Shown one piece after another: positions 1 through 9,346 of a stretch of 64,000 bases of DNA. The DNA is taken from the NCBI GenBank assembly GCA_963677925.2, contig CAXXYH010000003.1, positions 1,312,001-1,376,000 of the forward strand, in the 5' to 3' direction. The translations under genes and the position numbers were made by a program. The notes below the pieces were generated by a model, which had not been told where the DNA came from, searched no databases, and saw only the letters and a list, made by a program, of their open reading frames with translations. The stretch comes from Spirochaetia bacterium. Lineage in GTDB: Bacteria; Spirochaetota; Spirochaetia; UBA9216. Within the stretch, counting starts at the first letter, position 1; each line of letters begins with the position of its first letter.

Positions 1-698
1 GATACAAATTTAAGTGGATCCAAAGCTATTGATTTTGCCTTTAAAGCCATTGCCACAAAAACTATCGCAAGTACACCAAGGGTGGAGATCGGAGGAAAAA
101 TCTTCTTTATATCACTGTTATACCTTTCAGTACCAACCCGTTTTACTATGAGAGTCTGGGTCAGCCACCCGGCAAGAAGAGGCGCCGCAACTATGATTGC
201 AATCTGAATAAATATTTTTGTCAGAGGGATTGAAATTTCTGCACCGAGGAGGGCTTTAATATAAAATGGAGTGAGCAGCGAGCCGATAATCAGCCCGAAG
301 ACAGTCATCTTGACTGCGGCTTCAACATTGCCCTTTGACATTCCGGTCCAGGAGATTGTCATTCCGGATGTTGGAAGAAGAGCTACCAGGAGGATTCCAA
401 GACTGAAATATGGATTCCCTCCGAAAAAAATCTTCCCGATAAAAAAGGCTATAAAAGGAATTATTGCAAAGTTGATCAGCTGAGTGAGCAGCTGGAGCTT
501 GAAATCTCCTTTTGCAACAATTTTCTTCAGCTGAACGGTAACCATCATCGGGTATACCATAAGAAAGGTAAATGGAAGAACAAGGTTCTGAAGAAATGAG
601 ATGTTCTCAAAAAGTAAGCCGAATATTATACCAGCGGCCATCACCACCGGGACTGCAATTATTAGATTTTTCTGAATTTTCTGAAGAATTTTAAACAT
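1..698 (-). CDS. Acr3/bile acid:sodium symporter (SBF) family permease, 3' end runs off the window
   Basis: Missing from the ORF track; I translated it by hand from ATG at 698 (SD GGAGGGGAG upstream): MFKILQKIQKNLIIAVPVVMAAG...FLMVYPMMVTV...QLINFAIIPF...ALLPTSGMTISWTGMSKGNVEAAVKM. It is polytopic and carries the PTSGMTISWTG..KGN motif of Acr3-like proteins. Confidence 0.85.
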   Translation of the reverse strand, partial: MFKILQKIQKNLIIAVPVVMAAGIIFGLLFENISFLQNLVLPFTFLMVYPMMVTVQLKKIVAKGDFKLQLLTQLINFAIIPFIAFFIGKIFFGGNPYFSLGILLVALLPTSGMTISWTGMSKGNVEAAVKMTVFGLIIGSLLTPFYIKALLGAEISIPLTKIFIQIAIIVAAPLLAGWLTQTLIVKRVGTERYNSDIKKIFPPISTLGVLAIVFVAMALKAKSIALDPLKFV

Positions 699-719
699 GG
701 TATCTCCCCTCCTCTGAAA

Positions 720-748
720 TTAAACCCTGCCGTATTGACAGGGTTTAA
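720..748. promoter_or_regulatory. Inverted repeat TTAAACCCTG-N9-CAGGGTTTAA (operator or cysK terminator)
   Basis: Perfect 10-bp arms between the cysK stop and the permease SD. A minus-strand TTGACT..TATATT promoter-like element lies just upstream (about 747-775). Confidence 0.5.
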
Positions 749-794
749 TATATATATTTTTCTTTATATAGTCAATAGAGAGGGGAAAGTGATA

Positions 795-1718
795 CTATTC
801 CTCAAAAAGCCAGGTCGACAGATATCGTTCTCCGGTATCCGGAAGAAGAACAACTATCCGTTTTCCTTCATTCCCGTCCTGCTCAGCCAGCTTCAATGCC
901 GCAGAAAGAGCAGCACCCGAAGATATTCCTGCCAGAATGCCTTCATTTTTGGCAAGCCTCCTCGCTGTTTCTCCAGCCTCCGAATCGGTAACACGAATAA
1001 TATGGTCAATTACTGATGTATCAAGATTAGTGGGTATAAATCCGGCACCAATCCCCTGTATTTTATGAGGGCCCGGACTGCCGCCTGAAATGACAGGTGA
1101 AGTTTCAGGCTCAACAGCTACAATTTTAATATCAGCCCTGTGTTTCTTGAGTCCACGCCCTACTCCGGTAACCGTACCACCGGTGCCGACCCCGGCTACA
1201 AAGATATCAAGCTCACCGCCGGTATCCCTCCAGATTTCCTCTGCAGTCGTACGAAAATGGAAATCCGGATTTGCCGGATTCTTAAACTGCCCGGGAATAA
1301 AAGAGTTCGGATACTGCAGGGATAACTCTTCCGCGCGGAGGATTGCCCCGTTCATGCCCTGAGCTCCCGGAGTAAGCACAAGTTCAGCACCCAGACTTTT
1401 TAAAAGCTTGCGTCGCTCAATGCTCATGGTATCGGGCATTGTAAGAATTACCCTGTAGCCCTTTACCGCCGAAATAAATGCGAGGGCGATACCTGTATTA
1501 CCGCTCGTAGGTTCGATAATGACACTGTCAGATGTTAAAAGACCCTGTTTTTCAGCATCTTCAATCAGGGCAAACCCGATTCTGTCCTTCACACTTGAGA
1601 AAGGATTAAAGGATTCTAGCTTCACAATAACCTCAGCCTTTAATCCTTCTGTAAGCTTATTCAGACGTACCAGAGGCGTATTGCCTATTAATTCAGTTAA
1701 ATTATTATAAATTGCCAT
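795..1718 (-). CDS. cysK: Cysteine synthase A (O-acetylserine sulfhydrylase)
   Basis: IGNTPLV, PLP lysine motif [39 protein letters not shown]. Confidence 0.97.
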   Translation of the reverse strand: MAIYNNLTELIGNTPLVRLNKLTEGLKAEVIVKLESFNPFSSVKDRIGFALIEDAEKQGLLTSDSVIIEPTSGNTGIALAFISAVKGYRVILTMPDTMSIERRKLLKSLGAELVLTPGAQGMNGAILRAEELSLQYPNSFIPGQFKNPANPDFHFRTTAEEIWRDTGGELDIFVAGVGTGGTVTGVGRGLKKHRADIKIVAVEPETSPVISGGSPGPHKIQGIGAGFIPTNLDTSVIDHIIRVTDSEAGETARRLAKNEGILAGISSGAALSAALKLAEQDGNEGKRIVVLLPDTGERYLSTWLFEE

Positions 1719-1771
1719 AAAAACTCCTATCTACCTTTTAGACCTTTTTGGTAGTATTTAATACATAAAAA

Positions 1772-2836
1772 TTATGCGGGATTGATCACCCCGCCGCAAA
1801 TCACTTTATCATCCTTATAAAAAACCGCAGATTGCCCGGGAGTCACAGCAAACAAGCCCGATTCTGCAGACACCATCAGAACACCGGGAACCTCTGTCTG
1901 AGAGATTACTGCAGGGTACTCGTTTCCGGCGGATCTGATTTTTGCAGAAACATTCATACTTCCGGAAATATCCTCAATAGAAGAAAATACAGTATCAACG
2001 GTTGTGAATTCACTTTTCACAGCATCTTCAGACGAACCTACTATTATCCTGTTTTCCTGCGAATCAATTCCTGTGACATACAGGGGTTCACAGGAGGATA
2101 TACCGAGCCCCTTACGCTGCCCGATTGTAAACCTGCTGATTCCGCTGTGCCTGCCCAGAACGCGGCCTGTTTTATCTACGACATCACCGGAGGGCTCTTC
2201 ACCGATTATATCGGCCATGTCGCCTGAATAGAAATCCTGGCTTTCAGGGATATCAGCTACAGGCAGACCTAAATCTGCAGCCAGAGCACGGACCGCTGTC
2301 TTTGTCATCATCCCCAGGGGAAACATAGACTCGGAAAGCTGCTTCTGCGAAAGCCGGTAAAGAAAGTAGCTCTGATCCTTTTTGGGATCCTTACCTCTCA
2401 TTAGACTGTACCGATCTGAGGACGAATCGTATTCAGTGCGGACATAGTGACCGGTAGCAAACCGCTCGAAATCAAGCCCCTTACTCCTTGCAAGTTCAGG
2501 AAGCAGTCCGAATTTCATCTCGTGGTTGCACTTCACACAGGGATTGGGTGTCCGGCCGGAGCGGTATTCCAGCCTTACATAATCGAGGATGGAGGATTTG
2601 TATTCCTTTGAACAGTCGAGAGTCACAAAGGGAACGCCGATAAACTCGGCTATTTCAGCCGCCTTGTCTACTTCTTCCTGTTCATCAGGCCCGAAGCAGG
2701 CATGTTTCCCCGTTTTACGGTATTCACCGTCCCACAGGGTCATCATTACCGCCGTCACATCATGTCCTTCATTTTTAAGAATGGCGCATGCAACCGCAGA
2801 ATCTATCCCGCCGGAAAGGCCTACCGCTATCTTCAT
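1772..2836 (-). CDS. mnmA: tRNA 2-thiouridine(34) synthase MnmA (CxxC variant)
   Basis: PP-loop SGGIDS, TPNPCVKCN, ATGHY, KDQSYFL, TIGQRKGLGI, AVTPGQSAVFY. Confidence 0.95.
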   Translation of the reverse strand: MKIAVGLSGGIDSAVACAILKNEGHDVTAVMMTLWDGEYRKTGKHACFGPDEQEEVDKAAEIAEFIGVPFVTLDCSKEYKSSILDYVRLEYRSGRTPNPCVKCNHEMKFGLLPELARSKGLDFERFATGHYVRTEYDSSSDRYSLMRGKDPKKDQSYFLYRLSQKQLSESMFPLGMMTKTAVRALAADLGLPVADIPESQDFYSGDMADIIGEEPSGDVVDKTGRVLGRHSGISRFTIGQRKGLGISSCEPLYVTGIDSQENRIIVGSSEDAVKSEFTTVDTVFSSIEDISGSMNVSAKIRSAGNEYPAVISQTEVPGVLMVSAESGLFAVTPGQSAVFYKDDKVICGGVINPA

Positions 2837-2850
2837 CAGTCTTATTTCTC

Positions 2851-3297
2851 CTAAATTTCATACACGAAAGGCAGAGTTTCCCGCTGCTTTTCTTTATATC
2901 GCCTGACTACACTCTCAAGCGTAATATCTTCAAGGTAATCGGAAATAACATTATTCAGCCCTTCCCATATTTCGGAAACTGCACAGCCGGGAAGCCTGCT
3001 GCAGTCATCATTTGAGTTTGAACATTCAACCACCTGCAGACCGCCCTCAAGAGCTTCAACAATTTCACGTACGGTTACTGCGGAAGGAAGCTTTGAAAGC
3101 ATATAGCCGCCGTGCGTTCCCCGGACCGAAGTCAAAATTCCCGCTGTCCGCAGCGGAATGACAAGCTTGCTCAGATATTTTTCAGAGATATCCTGCTTTT
3201 TTGCAATATCCCCGAGAAATACGGGTTCATTTGTATTTCTTGAGGCAAGCTCTGTTAAAAATCTTAATCCGTATCTGCTTCTTGTTGAAAGTTTCAT
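2851..3297 (-). CDS. Rrf2-family (IscR/CymR-like) transcriptional regulator with three Cys
   Basis: MKLSTRSRYGLR, ISEKYL, SVRGTHGGY, and C-x6-C-x5-C (ECSNSNDDCSRLPGC) as likely Fe-S ligands. Confidence 0.93.
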   Translation of the reverse strand: MKLSTRSRYGLRFLTELASRNTNEPVFLGDIAKKQDISEKYLSKLVIPLRTAGILTSVRGTHGGYMLSKLPSAVTVREIVEALEGGLQVVECSNSNDDCSRLPGCAVSEIWEGLNNVISDYLEDITLESVVRRYKEKQRETLPFVYEI

Positions 3298-3331
3298 ACT
3301 CTACCTTAATTACCCTTTTAGTAGTATATAT

Positions 3332-3356
3332 ATTTATTACCATTTTAATCAAGTAT
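3332..3356 (-). promoter_or_regulatory. Putative Rrf2 autoregulatory site overlapping the -35 region
   Basis: Minus strand reads ATACTTGATTAAAATGGTAATAAAT, which resembles IscR type-1 sites. A related AAATACTACCAAAAAGGTCTAAA lies upstream of cysK (about 1737-1759). Confidence 0.4.
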
Positions 3357-3362
3357 TTTCGA

Positions 3363-3839
3363 CTAAAAAGTTATTCCGGCAAGCAGCCTGAGATCAGTAT
3401 CTGTATCCCGGGGTTTAGCTCTTACGGAGAGCAGAGGACATATTGTAAACATATCGGCAAAAACGAACCTGGCGCCCAGCTCGGCTTCGGGATAAACATG
3501 CGATTGTTCAGTCTTTTCATAGACAAGTCCCAGACCTGCAAAAGCTGACACTGCATCAAAGTCATACCTGCAGGTCAGATTAAAAGCCATGTCAAACCTC
3601 TCCTGCAGGTAGTAAAACTCCGCAGACAGCCCGGGACAGAATGCAGAGCGGCCGTCAAACCACAGTTGAACCGCAGCACCCGGCTGAATAATCTCTACAC
3701 CATAGGGGGTTATATCAACATTCACACCAAGGCTGAGGTCAGTTGACATACAGACGGCATTTCCCGCTGCCGGTAAAAAAAGCAGGGCGCAGAACAGCAA
3801 TAGTTTAAGTTTTTTTCCAGAATCAGCAATTGACGTCAA
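3363..3839 (-). CDS. Hypothetical exported protein, probable small outer-membrane beta-barrel
   Basis: Signal peptide, alternating hydrophobic strands, and C-terminal ...LLAGITF with terminal Phe (beta-signal-like). Start codon uncertain (TTG). Confidence 0.6.
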   Translation of the reverse strand: MTSIADSGKKLKLLLFCALLFLPAAGNAVCMSTDLSLGVNVDITPYGVEIIQPGAAVQLWFDGRSAFCPGLSAEFYYLQERFDMAFNLTCRYDFDAVSAFAGLGLVYEKTEQSHVYPEAELGARFVFADMFTICPLLSVRAKPRDTDTDLRLLAGITF

Positions 3840-3962
3840 ATTTTATCCTTTTTTATTTTACGAATTTAAATCACAGTACGAAAATTATTATATAGCAGAA
3901 GCAAGGCCTTGTCTGTGATTACTTTCTGGCTAATTCAAATCAAAAGGGTTATACTTTTCTCT

Positions 3963-4424
3963 ATGAAACAAAAAAGACTGTTAGTAACACTATCACTTCT
4001 AATTATTGTTATATTATCCGGATGCGCTTCCATTGGCGGAGTGAGCAGCGGCGAAATTAATGAAATTATCGGAATGATAAACAGCGGAGAAAGCGACATT
4101 CTGATTTCAATGAGTTCCGAACCATTTCTTGTTGACGGAGAGGTTCTGCCGGGTGTGCAGCTGAACAGCATGTTCTGGAACGGATTGAAATCTGCCGGTT
4201 TCAGAATAGAGAATCCGGTTCTTTTATCGGCAGAAAAGTTCATACCGGGAACAAGCCGGTGGCCGTCGGAATCGAAGGCAGCGGAACTGTTTCTTCAGAA
4301 ATATCCCGATGCAAAAGCCAGGCTTGCGGTCATTGGCTGTGATTCCGGAACCGTCTATCTGCTTACAGGGAAAGATGTTGAAGGAGCTGTAAAGATTTAT
4401 GCCTGGGGAGGACCGGTAAGATGA
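3963..4424 (+). CDS. Hypothetical lipoprotein
   Basis: Likely start ATG 3963 (MKQKRLLV...), lipobox LSGC; overlaps the next gene by ATGA. Confidence 0.75.
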   Translation: MKQKRLLVTLSLLIIVILSGCASIGGVSSGEINEIIGMINSGESDILISMSSEPFLVDGEVLPGVQLNSMFWNGLKSAGFRIENPVLLSAEKFIPGTSRWPSESKAAELFLQKYPDAKARLAVIGCDSGTVYLLTGKDVEGAVKIYAWGGPVR

Positions 4425-5449
4425 AAAGGTTCGGATTTTTAACAATTACCGCGGTAATACTGCTTATAGCATCAGCAGGCAGCATTTCTGCACAGGAATC
4501 TGATGTCGTTTATGTTGACGGATGGGTCGATATGAAAGACAGCAGAGGCGATATATATGAACTGTTCATCGGCGATCACCTGGTTTCCGGAGATACAGTC
4601 ATTACCGGAGAAGACGGAACTGCCGAACTTGAACCCCAGCAGGGAAGCAGAATAATCATCACACCTGACACGGTATTTTCATTAAGTGAACGTAATGTAG
4701 ACGGGAAGAAGCAGAGTGTAGCTGCAACCACAATAGGTCAGGTGAGGTTCAAGTTCAATATGATGACCCAGGAGCCGCTTATTTCAACCCCGTCTGCGGT
4801 AGCGGGGGTAAGAGGCACAGAGTTTACTGTATATGCAGGGGCTGACGGATCATCGATGATAACTGTGGATTCAGGAGCCGTTGAAGTCTTCGGTACGGAG
4901 AGCAGTGTATATCTCGGCGGGAACGAAGGGGTTGAAATGTCGGCGGAAGGACAACTCGGAGACAAGTTTGATGTGTTTGAGGGTAAGATTGATTTTTCAG
5001 CCTGGAATGCCTCAAAGATTGATTCGATGATGGCCGATCCGGTATCAGCTTTGAAAATGATGAATGTAAGCCTTTCAAAGATGCTTGATGAAATGGAAGA
5101 ATGGGGAAAGATGCATGAAGAAGCCTCAGCGGAGGTCAGTAGGCTGCGTGAAAAGCAGAAAGCACTTATAAAAGATGGAAAGGTTGAAGAGGCAAAAACT
5201 CTTGAATCAGAGCAGCTGAAACCTCTTGAAATAACATCATCGAAAATGGTTATAAATTACAGGCATCATGCCCTCTCTGCCCTTTCCATGAGGCAGCATG
5301 TGCTTGGAGCCTTCTATTTAAGAATGAAAACAGCATACATCAGAAATACTGATGACAGCATATACAGGGATTTCCTGAATGAGTATCAGGGTGCCGTAAC
5401 TGTATTTGAATCAAGAACCGAAGATTATCTTATAGACTCAGATTATTAA
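4421..5449 (+). CDS. FecR-domain exported protein with C-terminal helical/coiled-coil region
   Basis: Signal peptide; GDTVITGEDGTAEL and ISTPSAVAGVRGTEFTV..ITVDSGAVEV are FecR signatures. Confidence 0.88.
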   Translation: MKRFGFLTITAVILLIASAGSISAQESDVVYVDGWVDMKDSRGDIYELFIGDHLVSGDTVITGEDGTAELEPQQGSRIIITPDTVFSLSERNVDGKKQSVAATTIGQVRFKFNMMTQEPLISTPSAVAGVRGTEFTVYAGADGSSMITVDSGAVEVFGTESSVYLGGNEGVEMSAEGQLGDKFDVFEGKIDFSAWNASKIDSMMADPVSALKMMNVSLSKMLDEMEEWGKMHEEASAEVSRLREKQKALIKDGKVEEAKTLESEQLKPLEITSSKMVINYRHHALSALSMRQHVLGAFYLRMKTAYIRNTDDSIYRDFLNEYQGAVTVFESRTEDYLIDSDY

Positions 5450-5464
5450 GTAAAGGAGAAACAT

Positions 5465-5920
5465 ATGAAACGGAAAGTAATAATATTATTGACGGCACTG
5501 ATAGTTGCACTGTCATTCTCATGCGATGGATTGCTGGGGATGCTGCTGCCCATGTCGGTTAACGAAAGAATTGCGGCATTCACAGTTACAATCAATTCAG
5601 AAGATCGTACAGCCGATGCAATACTGCTTCACTTTGCCCCCGAATCTGAAATGATCAACAGGGAAAATGCGGAGGATATTGGATTCTGGGACCTGCGGTT
5701 TGATCCTGATGCAAGTTTTGCTATAACTGTGACCGACTCAAGTGATCCGCTTAATGTTACTGCTGCAATGGTAAAAACAGTGGAGGGAGCTGCGCTGGAT
5801 CCTGTCGAACTTATTTTTGTCATGTACCAGGAAGCTTCAGGAAATTATCTTATTAAAGAAATTTGGGATGACATCACTGATACTACCGACGGATGGCTTA
5901 TCAGACAGATAAATCAGTAA
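5465..5920 (+). CDS. Hypothetical acidic lipoprotein
   Basis: SD AAGGAG, spirochetal-type lipobox SFSC. Confidence 0.75.
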   Translation: MKRKVIILLTALIVALSFSCDGLLGMLLPMSVNERIAAFTVTINSEDRTADAILLHFAPESEMINRENAEDIGFWDLRFDPDASFAITVTDSSDPLNVTAAMVKTVEGAALDPVELIFVMYQEASGNYLIKEIWDDITDTTDGWLIRQINQ

Positions 5921-5930
5921 ACAGAGCTTC

Positions 5931-5955
5931 TTTCAAAACTAGGTTTGTTTTGAAA
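5931..5955. repeat. Palindrome TTTCAAAAC-N7-GTTTTGAAA (REP-like element)
   Basis: Perfect 9-bp arms, separate from the adjacent terminator. Confidence 0.45.
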
Positions 5956-5980
5956 TTGCCTCAGCAAATAAAACATTAAC

Positions 5981-6015
5981 AGCCGGGCGGGAATAAATTC
6001 TGTCCGGCTTTTTTT
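5981..6015 (+). terminator. Rho-independent terminator
   Basis: AGCCGGGCGGGAAT-AA-ATTCTGTCCGGCT stem with G-U pairs, followed by a T run, between convergent genes. Confidence 0.75.
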
Positions 6016-7921
6016 ATTCCGGAATTGGAAAACTGATACTCACAGCAGCACCATTTTCATTGGTGATTTCATAACTGCCGCGTATCTGTTTAACAAGCAT
6101 ATCAAGAAGTTTTAATCCGAATCCTTCACTTTGATTGTCGATAGAGTATCCTCGTCCGTTATCACTGTAATTCAGTATTCCGCAGCCGTCCCGGCTCTCA
6201 AGTGACACCGCAATTCCGGCATGGTTCCCGTTCTGCCTATCGAAGGCATACTTCATGGTGTTGGCATACAGCTCGTTTATTATTATCCCTATCGGCGTTA
6301 CCGTTTTTACCGGGAGAATAATATCGTCTGATGAAACATCAACCGAAACCTGACTCTGATGCAGACCCGAAATCTCGGTGAGCAGACTTTCAAGATATTC
6401 ACGGATGTTCAGTGATTTTAGATTTGAGCCCTTATATAGCCTGTCATAGAGAACCATCATACTTAGAATACGGCTTTCGGCTGTCTTCATCATTTCACGG
6501 GCTCGCGGCTCCTTTATATTAAAGGCATTCATGGCAAGCATTCCCTTGACCGTATTCATGTCATTCTTGACCCTGTGATGAACTTCCTTAAGAAGAATTT
6601 CTTTTTCTTTAAGCAGTCTTGTAATTTCAGCTTCATTCTCTTTTAACCGGGTTATATCCAGACTTGTACCGAAGACTCTGACTCTGCCGATAATATCAGA
6701 CTTGAATAATTCCGCATCCGCTTTGATGTATATGTGACGCTGATCGGGAGTTGTAAACCCGAAAGCAACACCTGGAGGATCCCCTCCCCCTAGAACTTCT
6801 GCCATTGCATTCTCTACAGCATTACGATCAGAATCATCAATCCTTCCAAGAATTTCCGGCCAGGAAATTTTCTTTTTTTTCCGGGGTGTATACCCGAGGA
6901 TTTTTTTCATTTCATCAGATGCAGAAAAAATCATGGTTTCCGGCTCAAGAACCCAGCTTCCTACCCCGGCTATTTTCTGTGCGGTCTGAAGATGTTTTTC
7001 ACTCTCGGCAAGTTCATGGCTTTTTCTGATTCTGGAAACAGCTACAGCAAGGGTTTCGGAAAGTCTTTCCAGATATCGGAGAGTCCCCGCAGAAACAAGA
7101 TCTTTCCTCCTGTCATTCAGCTGAATAAGGCCTATTCTTTCTGCTCCTATTCTCATTGGAAGAAGAACTATAGTTTCATAACCATTCTCATTACATTCAC
7201 TGCGCAGGCAGGAAGTTAATCCGCTTTCACCATTTGCTTCTATAAGAGCTTTTAAACTGCCTGTATAAAAACTTCCGTGTCTTGTGAAGCATGAGGGAAA
7301 ATCATCCTGAGTGCCGGAAATCACCATTGAACAGAAACATTTCTTTTTATCTGAGGTATTACCGATATGAAGCAAGCTTTCTTTCTCAAGAAAATCTTCA
7401 TTAAATCCTATACTGCAGGCATAGGGGTATGCATCATCTGCCTGAAGTCTCACTGCAAGTGCATCAAAGCCGTAGATATCTTTTAGAAATGAAAGCGTCT
7501 GCCTCAGTAATTTGTTAACCGAATTACAGGCATTAATAATATCAAAAAATTCTTCAGTCCTTCTCTTTTCGAGTTCGATCTGCTTCCTTTCAGAGACATC
7601 ACGGCCTGAAGCAAGAAAATTTCCCTTTTCATCAGGTATAAAAACCCATTCTATATAATGATAATTACCAAACTTATCCCTGACGCGATTCAGAAAAACT
7701 TTTCGCGTATTTCCGTATTTCAGTTCTTCGATTTCATGTCGCAGAGGAACGGTATCTTCAGGATGAAAAAGATTGGTCACCGGGATACCTTTAAGCTCAT
7801 CGTTTGTATATCCCAGAACATCCTCAAAAACATTATTTATCTGTACAAAACATCCATCGGGGTCCGATTTTACCCGCAGATCGGAAAAGTGATTTAAAAA
7901 GTTAATGTCATCTAACTGCAT
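6014..7921 (-). CDS. Cytoplasmic PAS-GAF-PAS sensor histidine kinase (HisKA_2/HWE type), orphan
   Basis: PAS motifs (FHPED, GRDVSERK), GAF-like middle region, EVHHRVKND H-box, INELYANTMKYAF, SDNGRG, GFGLKL. Confidence 0.92.
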   Translation of the reverse strand: MQLDDINFLNHFSDLRVKSDPDGCFVQINNVFEDVLGYTNDELKGIPVTNLFHPEDTVPLRHEIEELKYGNTRKVFLNRVRDKFGNYHYIEWVFIPDEKGNFLASGRDVSERKQIELEKRRTEEFFDIINACNSVNKLLRQTLSFLKDIYGFDALAVRLQADDAYPYACSIGFNEDFLEKESLLHIGNTSDKKKCFCSMVISGTQDDFPSCFTRHGSFYTGSLKALIEANGESGLTSCLRSECNENGYETIVLLPMRIGAERIGLIQLNDRRKDLVSAGTLRYLERLSETLAVAVSRIRKSHELAESEKHLQTAQKIAGVGSWVLEPETMIFSASDEMKKILGYTPRKKKKISWPEILGRIDDSDRNAVENAMAEVLGGGDPPGVAFGFTTPDQRHIYIKADAELFKSDIIGRVRVFGTSLDITRLKENEAEITRLLKEKEILLKEVHHRVKNDMNTVKGMLAMNAFNIKEPRAREMMKTAESRILSMMVLYDRLYKGSNLKSLNIREYLESLLTEISGLHQSQVSVDVSSDDIILPVKTVTPIGIIINELYANTMKYAFDRQNGNHAGIAVSLESRDGCGILNYSDNGRGYSIDNQSEGFGLKLLDMLVKQIRGSYEITNENGAAVSISFPIPE

Positions 7922-8071
7922 TTAGATCTCATACTTTTTTTCATTGCCTTAAGGATAAATCTCCCAAAATCACTTGTCAAGCTCGGCTGAAATTATTACT
8001 GCTAATTTTTACAATTGCTTAAAAGTTATGTTAAAATCTAATTATATTTCCAGCTCTTACAGGAGGTAGCT

Positions 8072-8641
8072 ATGCCCATAACACCGGACAGGGATAAAGC
8101 CCTGAATCTTTTTAAAGAATATAATCAGACGGAAAGCCTTTATAAACATGCCCTGGCAGTAGAAGCTGTGATGAGACACATCGCAGAACTTGAAGGTGAG
8201 GATACTGATAAATGGGGAATTATCGGTCTTATTCACGATCTTGATTATGAAAAATTCCCGGAACAGCACTGCAGTATGACCGAAAAGATCATGAAAGAAA
8301 ATGACTGGCCGGATGATTACATACATGCTGTAGTTTCCCATGGGTGGGGAATCTGTTCGGATGTTGAACCGATTGAAAAAATGGAGAAATATCTTTTTAC
8401 CATCGATGAACTTACAGGTCTGGTTACCACAACAGCTCTTGTCCGTCCGTCCAAATCGGTACTTGATATGGAAGTAAAATCAGTTAAGAAGAAGTGGAAG
8501 GACAAGCGCTTTGCAGCCGGGGTTGACCGCTCAATAATTGAAAAGGGAGCGGCTATGCTGGAACTGGAGCTGTCGGAAGTAATAAAACTGACAATCGACG
8601 GCATGAAGACCGCAGCCGCAGAGCTTGGACTGGCCGGCTGA
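8072..8641 (+). CDS. HD/HDIG-domain metal-dependent hydrolase
   Basis: KHALAVEAVM, GLIHDLDYE, HAVVSHG, DELTGL, RPSKS; SD AGGAGG. Confidence 0.9.
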   Translation: MPITPDRDKALNLFKEYNQTESLYKHALAVEAVMRHIAELEGEDTDKWGIIGLIHDLDYEKFPEQHCSMTEKIMKENDWPDDYIHAVVSHGWGICSDVEPIEKMEKYLFTIDELTGLVTTTALVRPSKSVLDMEVKSVKKKWKDKRFAAGVDRSIIEKGAAMLELELSEVIKLTIDGMKTAAAELGLAG

Positions 8642-8642
8642 G

Positions 8643-9338
8643 CTATAGATCGAAACGGTATCCCCTGCCCCTGAAAGTTTTTATATGTCTGGGAATTTCA
8701 GGCTCACCCAGCTTGCTTCGAAGTTTGGCAACATGAACATCGACGGTACGGGTTGAAGTTTCACTTCCGTAACCCCAGACATCATCCAGAATCAGATCAC
8801 GGCTGAGAATCCGTCCGCTGTTCACAGCAAGATACTCCAGCAGCCTGTACTCCTGCGCATTAAGTGAAATCTGCTCACCGCTTTTCTCAAGGTTGCCGGT
8901 CTTGAGATCAAGGATAAATTCACCGAAAATAACCTGCTCCAGCTGTTTTTCAGAAGCTAAATTTTCACCGTTCTCCTTTGACCGCCTAAGCAGGGCTTCT
9001 ATTCGTGCCAGCAGAACTGACATGTCAAAGGGTTTAGCCAGGTAATCATCAGCGCCTACCTTAAGCCCCATCACCGTATCAAGATTTGTATCCCTGGCGG
9101 TAAGCATAAGTATAGGAGTTTTTATACCAGCCTTCCTCAGATTAAGACATATGGTGAAGCCGTCACGGCCGGGAAGCATCAAATCAAGAAGGATAAGTGA
9201 ATAAGTTCCCTTTAATGCCTCATTTTCCCCGCGGATGCCGTCATCTCTGATTGTCACCCCGTAACCTTCGGCTCTCAATCTGTCTTCAAGTGTGAGCTGA
9301 ACTCCAGGTTCATCTTCTATAATAAGAATCTCTGCCAT
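8643..9338 (-). CDS. OmpR/PhoB-family response regulator
   Basis: IIEDE, LLDLMLP, LTAR, GADDYLAKPF, winged helix RTVDVHVAKLRSKL...RGRGYRF. Confidence 0.95.
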   Translation of the reverse strand: MAEILIIEDEPGVQLTLEDRLRAEGYGVTIRDDGIRGENEALKGTYSLILLDLMLPGRDGFTICLNLRKAGIKTPILMLTARDTNLDTVMGLKVGADDYLAKPFDMSVLLARIEALLRRSKENGENLASEKQLEQVIFGEFILDLKTGNLEKSGEQISLNAQEYRLLEYLAVNSGRILSRDLILDDVWGYGSETSTRTVDVHVAKLRSKLGEPEIPRHIKTFRGRGYRFDL

Positions 9339-9346
9339 AATGTCCT

